Below are positions 24,520 through 37,135 of a stretch of DNA of 64,000 nucleotides, piece after piece. The stretch lies in assembly GCF_018977255.1 (NCBI RefSeq), contig NW_024704742.1:43216001-43280000 (forward strand). The letters run 5' to 3'. A program made the position numbers and the translations under genes. Numbering within the stretch: the stretch's first letter is position 1; the number at the start of each line of letters is the position of its first letter. The notes under the pieces are model-generated. The model worked only from the letters and a program-made list of their open reading frames with translations. It searched no databases and was not told the DNA's origin. This DNA is from Callorhinchus milii. Lineage: Eukaryota.

Positions 24520-25090
24520 TGACAGCGAGTTTCAGACGAAGAAAGCTCATTGACCTGTTTGATCTCATCCTTCCAGAATACTTAACCTACTGTCTTCCCA
24601 TTGCAGCATCAAACTGCTTCTTAAAAAAAGGCAAAATACTGCAGATGCTGGAAATCTGAAATAAAAACAGAAATCGCTGGGAACACTCAGCAGGTCAGGC
24701 TGCATCTATGGAGATGGCAGCATCTGACAAAAGCTCAAATGTTAACTCACTTTCCTCTTTCCATAGATGCTGCCTGACCTGCTAAGTGTTCCCAGCAACT
24801 TCTGTTTTTATATTTTATGCTTCTTAAACAAGTCCATTATTGGAGCCTAAGCGGCACTTCCTACTTCTAGTTGTTGACTGTCCTCAATATAAAGAAACAC
24901 CTGTTTGCGTCTAAAATTCTAAAATTGCCATTTACAGCCCAGAACCTGTGCCTTTTGTTCTGCTTCCTTGGCCCATCTGATAGTATTGTTTATTTGCTCA
25001 ATCCAATTTAGCATTTTATATACCCTATTAAATCCATCTGAGATGTCTCATTTCAAGGTCAGAAAAGCCTAACTTCTCCACTTGAACCTC
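24520..25090 (-). mobile_element. Old CR1 3' remnant hosting the second palindromic element
   Basis: ctgagatgtctcatttcaaggtcagaaaagcctaacttctcc is the reverse complement of an EKLGFSDLEMRHL-type CR1 motif. Confidence 0.6.
24626..24817. mobile_element. Palindromic Penelope-like element, copy 2 (centre deleted)
   Basis: Same arms as 18065-18280 (aaaatactgcagatgctgg...ctcagcaggtcagg / cctgacctgctaagtgttcccagc); perfect 11-bp flanking repeat tgcttcttaaa at 24615-24625 and 24818-24828. Confidence 0.82.
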
Positions 25091-25780
25091 ATGGTGGAAA
25101 TGATATCCAGTTGCTGAATCATTGAGGTATAGGGCAGACAGCATAAAAGTGGAGTTGAATATATGGTAGTAGCAAACTGGGAGCTACTAAGCTTACAGCA
25201 ATTTCTGGTTTGCAACTGAAAATGTGGGATTTACTACCAAGTTCACAAAAAGTGTGCGTGTGTGTGTGTAGGGGGCAGGGGAATTTGGGGAAAAAAAGAT
25301 ATGATCGTAATGACTGATGAAGGGCAGCTTTTGCTTTCCAATCTTTTGTCGAACATTGGTTGATCATGAAAACAGACTGCTGGGTGAGATCACAAACCAA
25401 ACCAAAAGTCAGTCTGCAAAAAAACCCTCAGTGTCAGGGCCAAGTTTGCAACAGTTCACAACATTATCCTGGTCAATCACATTTATTGCTCGAATCCACA
25501 ATGCATCATAAAAATAAAGCTGTTTTAGCTCTACTTTGTGATACTTTTGTCTTGCTATTCACTGTTAATTTATCTATACCTGTAGGAGTATACTTTTACT
25601 TTGCATCCTTACCCACAGTTCGGTTTACGCTGTAAAACAAAGATGCAGTTATATGAAAATGATGCAGTAACCTGTTTATATGCAAATTATGGCATCACAC
25701 TGTGTGCATAAAAACAAATGATAAAAGGTCTGACAGCCACAACTGTCTATTTAATTGTAGCTTTGAGCTCAAAACACTTG

Positions 25781-26009
25781 GGGGTAGAAATTCCACCTGG
25801 TCTCGGTTTACACTATTTATGTAGCATTTCAGAGCATTCAGAATTTGGCGAATTCTTAATTAAAGCCTTGATTTGAAGTCGGTATTCTGTAAGTTCATTG
25901 AAGACGATTGCAAACTAACTTCGGCATTAAGGCTGAATTCAACAATTTGCCAGATTCTAAAATGCTATGTGAATAGAGTAATTCTAGACCCAGGTGGAAT
26001 TTTACTCCA
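25781..26009. mobile_element. Palindromic MITE (GGGGTAGAAATT-type termini), copy 2
   Basis: ggggtagaaattccacctggtct ... agacccaggtggaattttactcc; imperfect self-complementarity over most of the length; TTG on both flanks. Confidence 0.8.
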
Positions 26010-26107
26010 TTGATTAACAATTTTTGAGAAAGAGTTTGGGGTTTTTTTTAAGTTAGAATTTTGAATCCAGGTTCAAATCTTCCTGTCTATCTGAGAATAC
26101 ACAACAA

Positions 26108-26530
26108 TGTCAGCTTGGCTCCGTTGTGGATCAGAAGATTGTGGATTCGAGTACCAAATCAGGATTTGAACTCACACAGTCTAAGATGATACTCCAATGG
26201 AGTACTGGGGAGGTATTGCATTGTCGGAGGTGCCGTTCTTTGGATGAGACTTTAAACGAAGGTCTTGTCTACCTGTTCAGGTGGATGTTAAAGATCCCCT
26301 GGCACCATTTGAAAAGAGAAGGGAGTTTCTCCTGGTTTCCTGGCCAACAATCACCAAATAAAGTGTTCATTCACTTCATGGCTGTTTGTGGGACATTGCT
26401 GTGCACAATTGTGCTGCGCATTTGGGTACAAATAGACAGTCACTCCATTTCATAGTAAATCCTATGAAGCGCTTTGAGATATCTTTCCGATGTAATAAGG
26501 CACTATACCAAGGCAAGGATAATTATTATT
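26108..26530 (+). mobile_element. DeuSINE family B
   Basis: Head tgtcagcttggctc, Deu domain tgcattgtcggaggtgccg..caggtggatgttaaagatcc, tail gcaaggataattattatt. Confidence 0.9.
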
Positions 26531-26945
26531 AAAAAAACTTGCTTTCGACATTGTCAAAATGACACAAAGTACTTCACAAGATTTACTGCAAAGTACATTG
26601 ACTGTGTATTTATAGGCAAGCATGGCAACCAATTTGCACATATTCCCACAAATAGCTATGAAGTTAATGACCAATTTTTATCTGTAGGATTGTTTAGTCA
26701 GGTTAGGGAGAAGCTCTCTTGTCTTTTCAAATACAGTAGTGCTATGGGATCATTAATGTCCATCTCAACAGATAAACTGAACCTTGGTTTAATGTCTCAT
26801 TCAAAGAATGCCACCTCCAAAAATGCAGCACTCCCCCACCATTGTATTGAAGTGTTAACTTAGACTAAAAGTTTCCAATCTGGGACATAATCCACAACCT
26901 TCTAACTCAGAGATGGCAGAGCTAGCAACAGAGCCAAGATGATAC
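26531..26945 (-). mobile_element. DeuSINE family B, tail-to-tail with preceding copy
   Basis: Reverse-strand head tcatcttggctctgttgctagctctgccatctctgagttagaaggttgtgg, Deu domain, tail abutting 26530. Confidence 0.85.
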
Positions 26946-28780
26946 CTAACAAACAATTTATATCTCAAAACAAAAAGTTAAGTTAACATTACACAACTGA
27001 ACATTGTCAATATAGACTGGCATATGGCGTTGGCTAAAACTAGAGATTTAAATCCCATTATAATCAAGCCACAAATCCCTAATGTCAGTGATCGGCACAT
27101 GACAGACACCAGAGCAGTACCATCAACTACACATATAGTGGCAAGCATGATATTAAACAACATTTTTTTTCAAAATGTCTTTGGTTATATTTATCAAATG
27201 AAATCTAATCTTGAAGACTACAGTATCAAACCATAATCAGTACAATTGTTTACTCAACAGTCATTTGGTTTATCACCTCTTACGCTGATAAATCCAGTAA
27301 ACTTTGCAAGCCAATCCCCACCCCCCACACACACTTTCTATTGAAGTGTTCTTTTCTTTTATCTTTAAACTGTAAAATAACTGGAAATGAGGCATTTGCA
27401 TTTTAGTCGTTAAACTTCAACTCTCAATATCTGCTCAGAAACATGCTAAAATGTAATGTACTGCAAAGCACTTGTGGCTTTTTGACCGTGTTTTATGGTG
27501 ACTGCACTGGCAAGATTAAACTATGATAAAGCAAAGGCCAAGCTGTTCACCTGAGCATCACACGGCTCTCAAGCAAAGGTCTATCCTTCAGCTGAACTTT
27601 GCCTTACTCAGAGAAGGGAACAGACACGTGCAAAGGCTACAGACCTTCAGCTGTTACACTGTGCCAGAATGTTTGCCTCATGACAGATGCAAGCTACAAG
27701 ACAGAACAGAAGCAGAACAACACACAGTGTAAAGCCTAATGGGATCCATATCATAAGGTTCCACAGTTGTAAAATATCTCTTACAAGAGAGCCTCATAGT
27801 TCAGCTGTCAACCTGCTTATGTAGTACAGACATTTTGGCCCATATCAGGTAGTGAAGTGACAAGGACATGAGATTACCTGCTTTACAGTATCTTCTTCAT
27901 TCTTTGAATGGAGTCATCCTTCACACCTAAGGACTGAGCTTTGCACAAGTATCCAACAGATGGTCACCGCTTAAGAGAGTTTTACAGCCACAGCTCTTGA
28001 CATCAGAAATCCCCACCATGGCACCATGTGTATAAGGCGTGGATTTGTAATGGTTCTTCAGTTCCTCTGCATGATTCTAGCCTATTTTTGATGGGAACGG
28101 TTGGGAAATAGTTTGTTGTGTGAGGAAAATCTTCAATATCACAGATTCATGGAATTATACAGCACAGATGGAGGCCATTCGGTCCATTGTGTCTGTGCCA
28201 GCTCTTTGAAAACAGCTATCCAATTCAATCCCACTCTCCTGCTCTCTCCCCATAGCCCTGCAAACTTGTCCTCCCCAAATAATTATCTACTTCTCTCTTC
28301 AAATGTGTTATCGAATCGGTTTCCAACAGCCTTTCAAGCAATGCATTCCAGATCCGAACAACTCACTGTGTGAAAAAAATTCTCCTAACCTCCCCTCTGT
28401 TTCTTTTAACAACTATTTTAAATCAGTGACCTCGGGTTACCGACCTATGCGTCAGTGGAAATAATTTCTCCTTGTTCACCCTATGGAATCCCCTCATAAT
28501 TTTGAAAACTTCTATTAAGTCTTCTTTTAACCTTCTCTGCTCCGAGGAGAATAATCCCAGCTTCTCTAGCCTCTCCTGATAACTAAAGTCCCTCATTCCT
28601 GGTACCATCCTGGTAAATCTCCTTTTGCACTCTCTCCAATGCCTTGACATCCTTCCTAAAGTTTGGGGCGCAGAATTGAATACAGTACTTTAGCTGAAGC
28701 CTAACCAGTGTTTTATAAAGGTTTATCATAACTTCCTGACTCATGTATTCTATGCCCCTATTTATAAAGCTTAGTATCCT

Positions 28781-28834
28781 CCTGAGGTCCTCCCGACCTG
28801 AAAGGCGCTATACAAATGTAATCTTGTTGTTGTT
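28781..28834 (+). mobile_element. 54-bp L2 3' tail inserted in CR1
   Basis: tgaaaggcgctatacaaatgtaatc(ttg)n flanked by gtatcct at 28774-28780 and 28835-28841. Confidence 0.9.
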
Positions 28835-29127
28835 GTATCCTGTATGCTTTTTTAACAGCTTTATCTACCTGTCCTGCCACCTTCAAATATTTACTTATAT
28901 GAACCCCCAGATCTCCTTGTTCCTTCACCCCCTTTAAGATTGTACCATCAGCTTATATTACCCCTCCTCATTTTTCCTCCCAAGATGCATCGCTTCACAT
29001 TTCTCCACATTAAACTTCATCTGCCACGTGTCCGCCCATTTTACCAATCTGTCTATGTCCATTTTCTGTCTGCTGCTATCCTCCTCACTGTTTACTACTT
29101 TTCCAAGCTTAGTATCATCTCCCTATA

Positions 29128-29619
29128 ACAACAACAACTTGGATTTATATAGCACCCTCCACGCCGGATGGCATTTCAGAGCGCTTCACAGTAATGGATC
29201 CCAGGGCTGAGCCAGGTGGAGGGGAAGAAGGTGACCAAAGGCGCGGTCGAAGATAAAGGTCTTCAGCCAAGACCTGAAAATAGGAAGAGAGGGGACGAGG
29301 CGAAGGGAGTGAGGAAGAGAGTTCCAGAGCCTTGGGGCGTAATGGCTGAAGGCACGGCCGCCAATGGTGGAGCGGAGGATTCATGGGACAAGGCGGAGGC
29401 CAGACCCGGTGGAGCGAAGGCAACGGGCACTGTTGTGAGGAGAGAGGAGGTCAGAGTGATAGGGGGGTGCAGAGGAATGGAGGGATTTGAAAACAAGAGT
29501 GAGGATCTTGAAGTCGGTCCTCTCTGGGACAGGCAGCCAGTGCAGTCCGGCAAGGACTGGGGTAATCGCGGAGCAGAGTTTGGTGCAGGTAAGACTGCGG
29601 GCGGCAGAGTTCTGGATGA
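29128..29619 (-). mobile_element. 5'-truncated L2 inserted in the CR1 RT domain
   Basis: (AAC)n tail; ORF piece IQNSAARSLT..LHWLPVPERTDFKILTLVFKSLH; flanking ctata at 29123-29127 and 29620-29624. Confidence 0.93.
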
Positions 29620-31192
29620 CTATACCCAAGTCCAGGTCATTTATATACATCAAAAACAGCAGTGGTTCCAATACTGAACCCTGGGGATATCATTGAACAA
29701 TTCCCTCCAGTCAGAAAAACAATCAGTCTCCACCAGCCTCTGCTTTCTGTCTCCCAGCTATTTCTGTATCCATGCTGCCACTGTCCCTTTAATATGGTGG
29801 GCTTCTATTTTGCTTACAAGTCTCTTATGTGGCCCTTTATCAAGCTCCTTTTGAAAATCCATATAAACTCCATCAACTGCACTACCTTCAACCACCCTGT
29901 AGAGTACACTATATCAAAAATTTCTATCAGGTTTGTTAGACTTTTGCCTTAATTTGCCTTTAACAAATCCATGTTGGCTGTCCTTTATTAACACATTTTT
30001 CTAAGTGAAAATTTATTTTGTCCTGGATTATAATCTCTAGAAATTTCCCCACTACTGATGTTAGGCTGACTGGCCTGAGACTCCCGGGTTTATCCTTCTG
30101 CCCCCTTTTGTACAGGGGAGTAACGTTTACAACCCTCCAGTCTGCTGGCACCACCCCGGTGTCCAAGGAGGATTGAAAGATTGTGGCCAGAGTCTCCGTT
30201 ATTTCCCCTTCACTTCCCTCAGTAACCTAGGATGCATCCCGTCTGGACTGGGTGAGTTATCTATCTTGAGCACCGACAACCTTTTTAGTACCTCCTCTCG
30301 GTTTATTCTTATTTTATCGAATTTCTCTACCCTCTCCTCCGATATTGTGGCATTGGCTATATGCTCTTCTTTTGTGAAGACAGATGCAAAGTACTCATCC
30401 AGTACGTCAGCCATGCCCTCTGCCTCCACAAGAAGATTTCCTCTTTGGTCCCTAATTGGACCCACCCTACCTTTGACTAACCTTTTATTCTTTATACGCT
30501 TATAAAATACTTTAGGGTTCTCTTTTATGTTACCCACTAATCTTTTCTCATACAATCTCTTTGCCTCTCTTATTTGCTTTTTCAGTTCTCCTCTGTACTT
30601 TCTATATTCTATTTGATTATCTTCTGTATTTTGGACCTGACACTTATCATAAGCCGCCTTTTTCTGTTCTATTTTAATTCCAATTTTCCTTATTCATCAA
30701 GAGAGGTTTGGATGCCCTACCTTTCCCCTTTGTGGGAATGTATTTGTTCTGTCCCCGAACTATCTCCTCCTTGAAGGCTTCCCATTGCTCGTTAGCTGTT
30801 TTACCTGCCAATTTTTCTTTCCAGTCCACTTCGGCTAGATCCCTTTTTAACTCATTGAAATTAGCCGTCTTCCAGTTGAGGAATGACTGTGAGCCTTCAA
30901 GGTAGGCAATCTTTTTACTCAACGTCCTCCATAACATATCTAGTTTCACCAGATGAAGGAGGAGGAAGGAGGCCTTGAGTGGGTGGTAGAAATTATCTTT
31001 TAAAGTGGCTGCTCTGAGTCTAGATACTACCATATTATAAGAAATAAATTGTTTCTTAACATCATGCACGTCACTACTACTGTGTGGAATTGGTTGCCGC
31101 ATTTCACCCAGAAAAAAAGTCAATCCACTTTATAGTATATTCTGTGAAGTGCTTTGAGATATCTCAATTACGTAGTTTAGTATCTTAGCAAT

Positions 31193-31572
31193 GACACGCC
31201 TGTAGCACAGTGGTTAGAGCACTCGCCTCACAAGCGAGAGGCCCTGGGTTTGAATCTCAGGCAGAGCGAAATGTTGTGCAAGTTTCCTTATTCCACACAC
31301 CTCTGTTTATCTAGAAGGAAATAGGAACCCAGTTGTTAGTCGATTGGCGGATTGCTTTTCCGGGGGTAATAATCCCTTCAAAAATTGAAATAAATAAATA
31401 ATAATTTGGCCACTTCAATCCACGACTGTTTGTCAGACACTGCTGTGCGCAATTGGCTGCAGCATTTTGGCCCCAAAATACAGTCAATTCACATTACAGT
31501 AAATTCTGTGAAGCGCTTTCTCAAAGTCGTGATAAGGCACTATATCAAATGCAAGGATTATTATTATTATTA
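31193..31572 (+). mobile_element. SINE family A, long form
   Basis: Head cctgtagcacagtggttagagcactcgc, central ctctgtttatctagaaggaaataggaacc segment, Deu-like core, (ATT)n tail. Confidence 0.92.
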
Positions 31573-32104
31573 CATGTGTAATTGATGTACTAATCTGGAA
31601 TCTGTCCCAAGTTGATCATTAACATTAGTGATGTTTTTGTTGTGTGTTCATACCAGAATGGGATTTAGTTTGCTAGTTTTAGCTATGGCCATATGAGAAT
31701 CTTTTTGCCCTGATATGTCCAGTATATCTTGCAAGCCACTCCCTCCAACTTTACATCTAAGTATTCCCTTTATGTTTGTGGATTTCTCCAAGTACAAACC
31801 TGATGTATTTTATGAATTGAAATGGCATTAATGTTGCTCAAGGCACAGCCATAGCATCAAGTCACCGCCTACTAAAGCAGGTTGTTGTGCTTTATTTGTT
31901 CTTTATTACAGTACATTCTGCCAACCATTTCACCAATCATTGTTTAGACATGTTGCTATCCTTTGACCTCAGGGCATGAGATACAAACAATCTTGTTTTA
32001 TGAATAGCTTTTGCTGTATTAACATAAAATATTAGTAACCTATAGGCATCAATGAATGAAATGTTTAGTGAACTCAGTATTATGGATAGAAGGATAATGT
32101 GGAA

Positions 32105-32532
32105 ATAACAATAATAATTATAATCCTTGCATTTGACGTAGCACATTTCATATTGGGCGAACTTCTCAAAGTACTTAACAAGATTCACTATAAAGTGTAG
32201 CAACTGTATACCTTTGAGGGCAAATGTGGCAATTAATTTTGTGCATAGCAATGTCCCACAAACAACCAAGATCAATCTTATCTTATCTGGATGCAGGATG
32301 CAGGAAGAAACTCTCTTTTCTTTTCAAATAGTGCCATGTGATTTTTAATGTCCACTTGAACAGGCAGACAAAACCTTTAATTTAAAGGAAGGCACCTCCA
32401 ACAATGCAATTCTCGCTCAGCACTGTATTAGAGTGTCAAGCCTAGGCTGTAAATTCAAAGTCCTAACTTGGGGTTTAAACCCATAATCGGCTGACATAAG
32501 AGACGCATGTTACCAATCAAGCCACACTGACG
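32105..32532 (-). mobile_element. DeuSINE family B
   Basis: aataattataatccttgcatttg tail, Deu domain, reverse-strand head cgtcagtgtggcttgattggtaac. Confidence 0.87.
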
Positions 32533-34149
32533 CCTAAAATAGCAACCTTCTGACTTCAATGAAAGTATTAAATCTGTAACTCAGATTGACTAACATTCTT
32601 CATGGCCAGGTACTTGGCCTGGTAGATCCTGGTACTTAAGCATAGAAGAATGCTGTTAGTCCTTTTATGCTAATGCTATGTCAGAATCTCCACTTTAAAT
32701 GATCCACTCTAATTCCATTCCCCTATGTGTTGTTCTGGGCCTGAATGCTGTTGTTGAGATTCTTGCTTCAGGGCTCTGGGCCCTAAGCAGAACCACAAAG
32801 GTCCAGCTATTGACTCTGTTATGGTCTGAGAACATTACACATTTACCCATGCTGAGAATTAGTACCTTGTCCTTCTGCACACTTGGAAAGAGGAAATAAA
32901 AGCATCTTTGGAGTACCAAGCCTGGAAGGGTATGCTGATGTCTAACTTTTGATTCAAAATGATGTATTTCAGTGCAACAATTTACAGATGCTGGTTTAAG
33001 AAAAGTTCAGAAGGCAGGTATCAAAAGCATAAAAGAGAAGTATCAGGTTCACTGCTAAGTCACAGACAATAAAATATAATACAGAGTAATCTTATACTAC
33101 TATATGAACTATTGAATTAAAAATAATATATTGCAAAACTTCAAAAGATTGGCTTGCTGACAAACTGCTAAACAAAGACTTTTATCTTGTCCAAAACTAT
33201 TATTTTTACTGGCCCATATCCAGGGATCCATTGTTGTTTTACAAGGCAGTTTACTCTGAAGTCAATCTGATATCTTAACACTCACGGTGTTAACACTCAT
33301 GGTGTCAACTGAATTTGTCAGTGCGAGTAGAAATACGACACGTCATTTACTGCTTCACTCTTACAGTTCATTCTTTGCTGAAATTATGTTGGTACTGAAT
33401 TCATAAATTTAAAAGTGGTTTAAGTGAACTTACCACAATTAATGCATTATAAAGGGCAATCTTTTTAAAACGCGATGCTCCAGGTCTAATAGCTGAAATG
33501 CCCTAAAAATGGCCGACTTCTTGGTTGTCAGGTTGCAGCTGACATCATTTCCTATGCACAGCATTTAAACAACAAATGGTGCTAATGCTACTTGCTTCAT
33601 GAAGTGATGTCAGCAGCACTTTGCTTTGGGAACATATTCCATGCCCAGGAAGTCACTTTAGAGGTGTTTTCTATGAATATCATACGTGTGCAGTGTCCAC
33701 AAAGTTACACTTACAGTAACCTGATGATGCAGAAGTTGTCTACCTTTTAACAGGAGTCTGGTTAGTCAGTGCTATAAACCAAGTGTATTTCACTTCTAAT
33801 AAGCATGGGTCCACAGTGCTGTAAGTGAGACAAAACTCGACCAAGCAGTGCTACAAGGTTCCTCAATACAATATATAAACCTTTTTTTTTGGGTGGGGGG
33901 ACACTTCATACAAGATACATTTGATATTTAATATAGAATTTGCTAAATTATTAAAAAGATTTTTAAATTACAGGTTTACTTTGTCTTCTCACATATTTTC
34001 TTTCCTTCCTCAATAGTATCTAAACATGGTTCATACAATGGTCAGTGTTAATGCACCACATGGGGCTCTATTACATGCTGATGGCAAAATTGAAACTGCA
34101 TTTTAAAAACAGAAAATTGCTATTTTTAGCAATTAGACATACAATAGAC

Positions 34150-34530
34150 ACCTGAGGTCACTGAGACACCACAGACTAGACGATCCTAGGTCTATGCCAA
34201 GATGGCCTGATCGTAACTTGCATCAGAGGTCATTACATTTGGTCACCTAGGCTAAAGAGTGAAAAAATAAAAATCAGACAAGTTTCCCATTTCTGATCAC
34301 TATTAGTGACCCTTGCTGGAAAGTAAATGTGTGTGGGCATTGCGTAAGGACATGATCAGGCTTGGCTGTGATGCCCGTTATGGTCAAATAGCCTGCTGAC
34401 ACTCACCGTCTAGATTCATACATGAAGAATGACCACTTGGGTGAGGTATTGTAGGGCTGCCATCACCTATGGAACTGTGCTCCAGCATGAGTCACCAACT
34501 TAAGGAGAAAGGGGAGAAAATTGGGTAAAA
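34150..34530 (+). mobile_element. SINE-like repeat family C
   Basis: Second inverted copy at ~630-1000; ends ggagaaaggggagaaaattggg plus an A-rich stretch; head degenerate. Confidence 0.65.
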
Positions 34531-35114
34531 GAAACGTATGAACAACATGGTATCCAGTCTAGTTATACACAGAGAAACAGAAAATCTAGCTTAACACCAA
34601 AATTACAGTCGGATATATCCATTATTGTTAATTAACTGATTAACTGATATATTGAACAGACCATGGCAACAAAAAATATATAAGAAAGTATGGAATGAGA
34701 AAAGGCCACCAAGCCAACTCTCTCCATGGTCCACCCAAAACTTACCCTTCCTCATTTACTCTACCCAATCCACTCTCATCTTCTGGGGAAAGCCTCACAT
34801 GTAAGAGCCCAAAATTAGCCTGTAAGACCATTAGTCTTAAAATTAAATATTACACAGAATTGTGTAAAATTATTTTATTCAGTCTTGATCTCCACTTTTT
34901 AAATAGAACCAGTTTCCTTAGTAAGACTAAATCTAATATTTTTCTCCAATTCCTGGCAATAATACATTGTAACGCTTAGAGACTAAGACTGAGTGGAATT
35001 TCAGGTATTGGACTCCCTAAATCCTAAGGTCAATCAAACAAACACTCCATAATATTTTTTCCATTCTCAAACCTCCTCTATTCAAAGGTTTCCTCTTCCC
35101 TGATAGGCGATGGA

Positions 35115-36715
35115 CACTGTACAGATTTCAGATCCGACCTGGGGTCAGGGAGGGAGAAGCGAGGGGAGGGGATGACCGATGGCATGGTCGAAGAGGAGGG
35201 TTTTGAGGCGGGACTTGAAGAGGCTAAGGAGGGGGCAAGGCGGAGTAATTGGGGGATGGCATTCCAGAGGTTGCGGGCAGAGTGACTGAAGGCTCTCCCG
35301 CCAATGGTGGGGCGGGTGGGTCGGGGGACGTGGAGCAGGCCAGAGCCGGCTGAGCGGAGGGAACGGGCGGGTTGGCAGGGGGTTAGGAGGTCGCAGAGGT
35401 AAGATTGGGCGAGGCCATGTTGGGCTTCGTAAGTGAGGACCAGGATCTTGAACTGAATCTTCTGAAGGATAGGGAGCCAATGGAGTCAGGCGAGAATGGG
35501 GGAAATGGGGTCATAGAGTTTGGTGCAGGAGAGGACACGGGCTGCAGAGTTCTGGATTATCTGCAGCCTGTGGATGGAGGAGTTGGGAAGGCTGACAAGC
35601 AGGGAGTTTACATAGTCGAGCCTGGATGTGATGAAGGCACGAACGAGAGTTTCAGCGGCCTGAGGATTGAGGTAGTGGCGGAGTCGGGCGATGGTGAGGG
35701 AAGGTAGAGCGGGTCATGGCTTGGATGTGGGGAAGAAAAGACAGTTGAGGGTCGAACAAGACACCTAGGTTCCTGACCGGCTTGGTGAGTTGTAGTGTGC
35801 AACCATCGAGGTTGATGCTGGTAGAGTCACTAATGACTCGGACGCTGGTGCGAGCCAATCAGGAGGGCCTCAGTCTTGTTCACATTCAACTGTAGGAAAT
35901 TTGCCCTCATCCAGGACTTGATGTCCGACACGCAGCCTGTCAGGACAGCAGTGATCCAGGAGTTGAGGGTGGAGGCAGAAAGATAGAGTTGGGTGTCATC
36001 CGCATACATGTGGAAGTTGACCCCATGTCTGCAGATGATGTCACCAAGGGGGAGCATGTAGATATTAAAGAGGAGAGGGCCAAGGGCAGAGCCCTGGGGG
36101 ACACCAGACATGACAGTGTGGGGGCTGGAAGAGAAACCGTTAGAGGCAACAAAGTGGAAACGGTGAGAGAGATAGGAATCGAACCAGGCAAGGGCAGGTC
36201 CGCGAAGATTAAGTAAAGAGGAGAGGCAGTAGTCGACAGTGTCGAAGGCGGCAGAGAGGTTGAGGATGCCAAGGAGGTGGAGGGAGCCCTGATCACAGAT
36301 GTTCAGAATGTCATTAGTGACTTTGGCCAGGGCAGTTTCTATGCTGTGGACAGCGTGGAAGCCAGATTGGAGGGGTTCAAAGAGGGAATGGCGAGAAAGG
36401 AAGGAGCAGAGCTGGGACTCAACGATTCATTCCAGGACCTTGGAGAGGAATGGGAGGTTAGAGATGGGGCAGTAGCTGGAGAGGAGGGAAGGGTCCAGGG
36501 AAGGATTTTTCAGGATGGGGATGATGACGGCTGTTTTTAGGGGAGTGGGAACTGAACTGGTGGACAAGGAGAGGTTGATGACATCGGACAAGAGAGGGGC
36601 CAGAAGGTGGAGCTGAGGAATGATGAGAGAGGTGGGGATGGAATCGAGGGAGCAGATGGTGGATTTGAGTTTGCGAACGAGGGCGCTGAGGGAAGAGGGA
36701 GATGTAGGGTCGAAG
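35115..36715 (-). mobile_element. 5'-truncated L2 LINE (ORF2 RT remnant)
   Basis: ORF 35830-36111 SGVPQGSALGPLLFNIYMLPLG..FHMYADDTQLY..NFLQLNVNKTE; VRNLGVLFDPQLSF; FKSRLKTLLF. Confidence 0.96.
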
Positions 36716-36724
36716 GACCCTGCT

Positions 36725-37135
36725 CAGAATACTGCTCAGAAACACATTGTGTTTGCTTTTGAATAAATTAGTATATTCAACATCAACTGCTTTTATTGGG
36801 CATTTGTTCCATATATCCACTTATTTGATTGGAAAGGTATCTTGGATTGAAGCTTTTTTTAAGTTAAGCTAATAGTCTCCTGTTCTGATCTGCTGGTCAA
36901 AGTCAAATAGCTTGGTAACAACAGATATATAATCTATGCTTTTCATTACTTTAAAGATCTGCATCATGTCCTCTGAAAATTTTCCAATGAAAACCAGTTC
37001 AACTTGGTGAGTCTCAACACATAACTTAAGAAATTTAAGTCACAGAATCATGCTATTTGTTATTCTCTGAACACTCTTCAATGTTTCAATGTCCTTTACA
37101 AGGTAGAACACCCAACACTGCAGAATATGGTCTCA
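36725..37135 (-). mobile_element. Old CR1 3' remnant
   Basis: attattctctgaacactcttcaatgtttcaatgtcctttacaaggtagaacacccaacactg parallels CR1 at 6210-6285. Confidence 0.6.

Larger units (their letters stand above)
28138..30890 (-). mobile_element. 5'-truncated CR1 LINE with two nested L2 insertions
   Basis: Tail atcacagattcatggaa; ORFs 30199-30555, 29960-30166 (RPVSLTSVVGKFLE), 28423-28650 (KLGLFSSEQRRLKEDLIEVFK); same family as 5734-7316. Confidence 0.97.
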
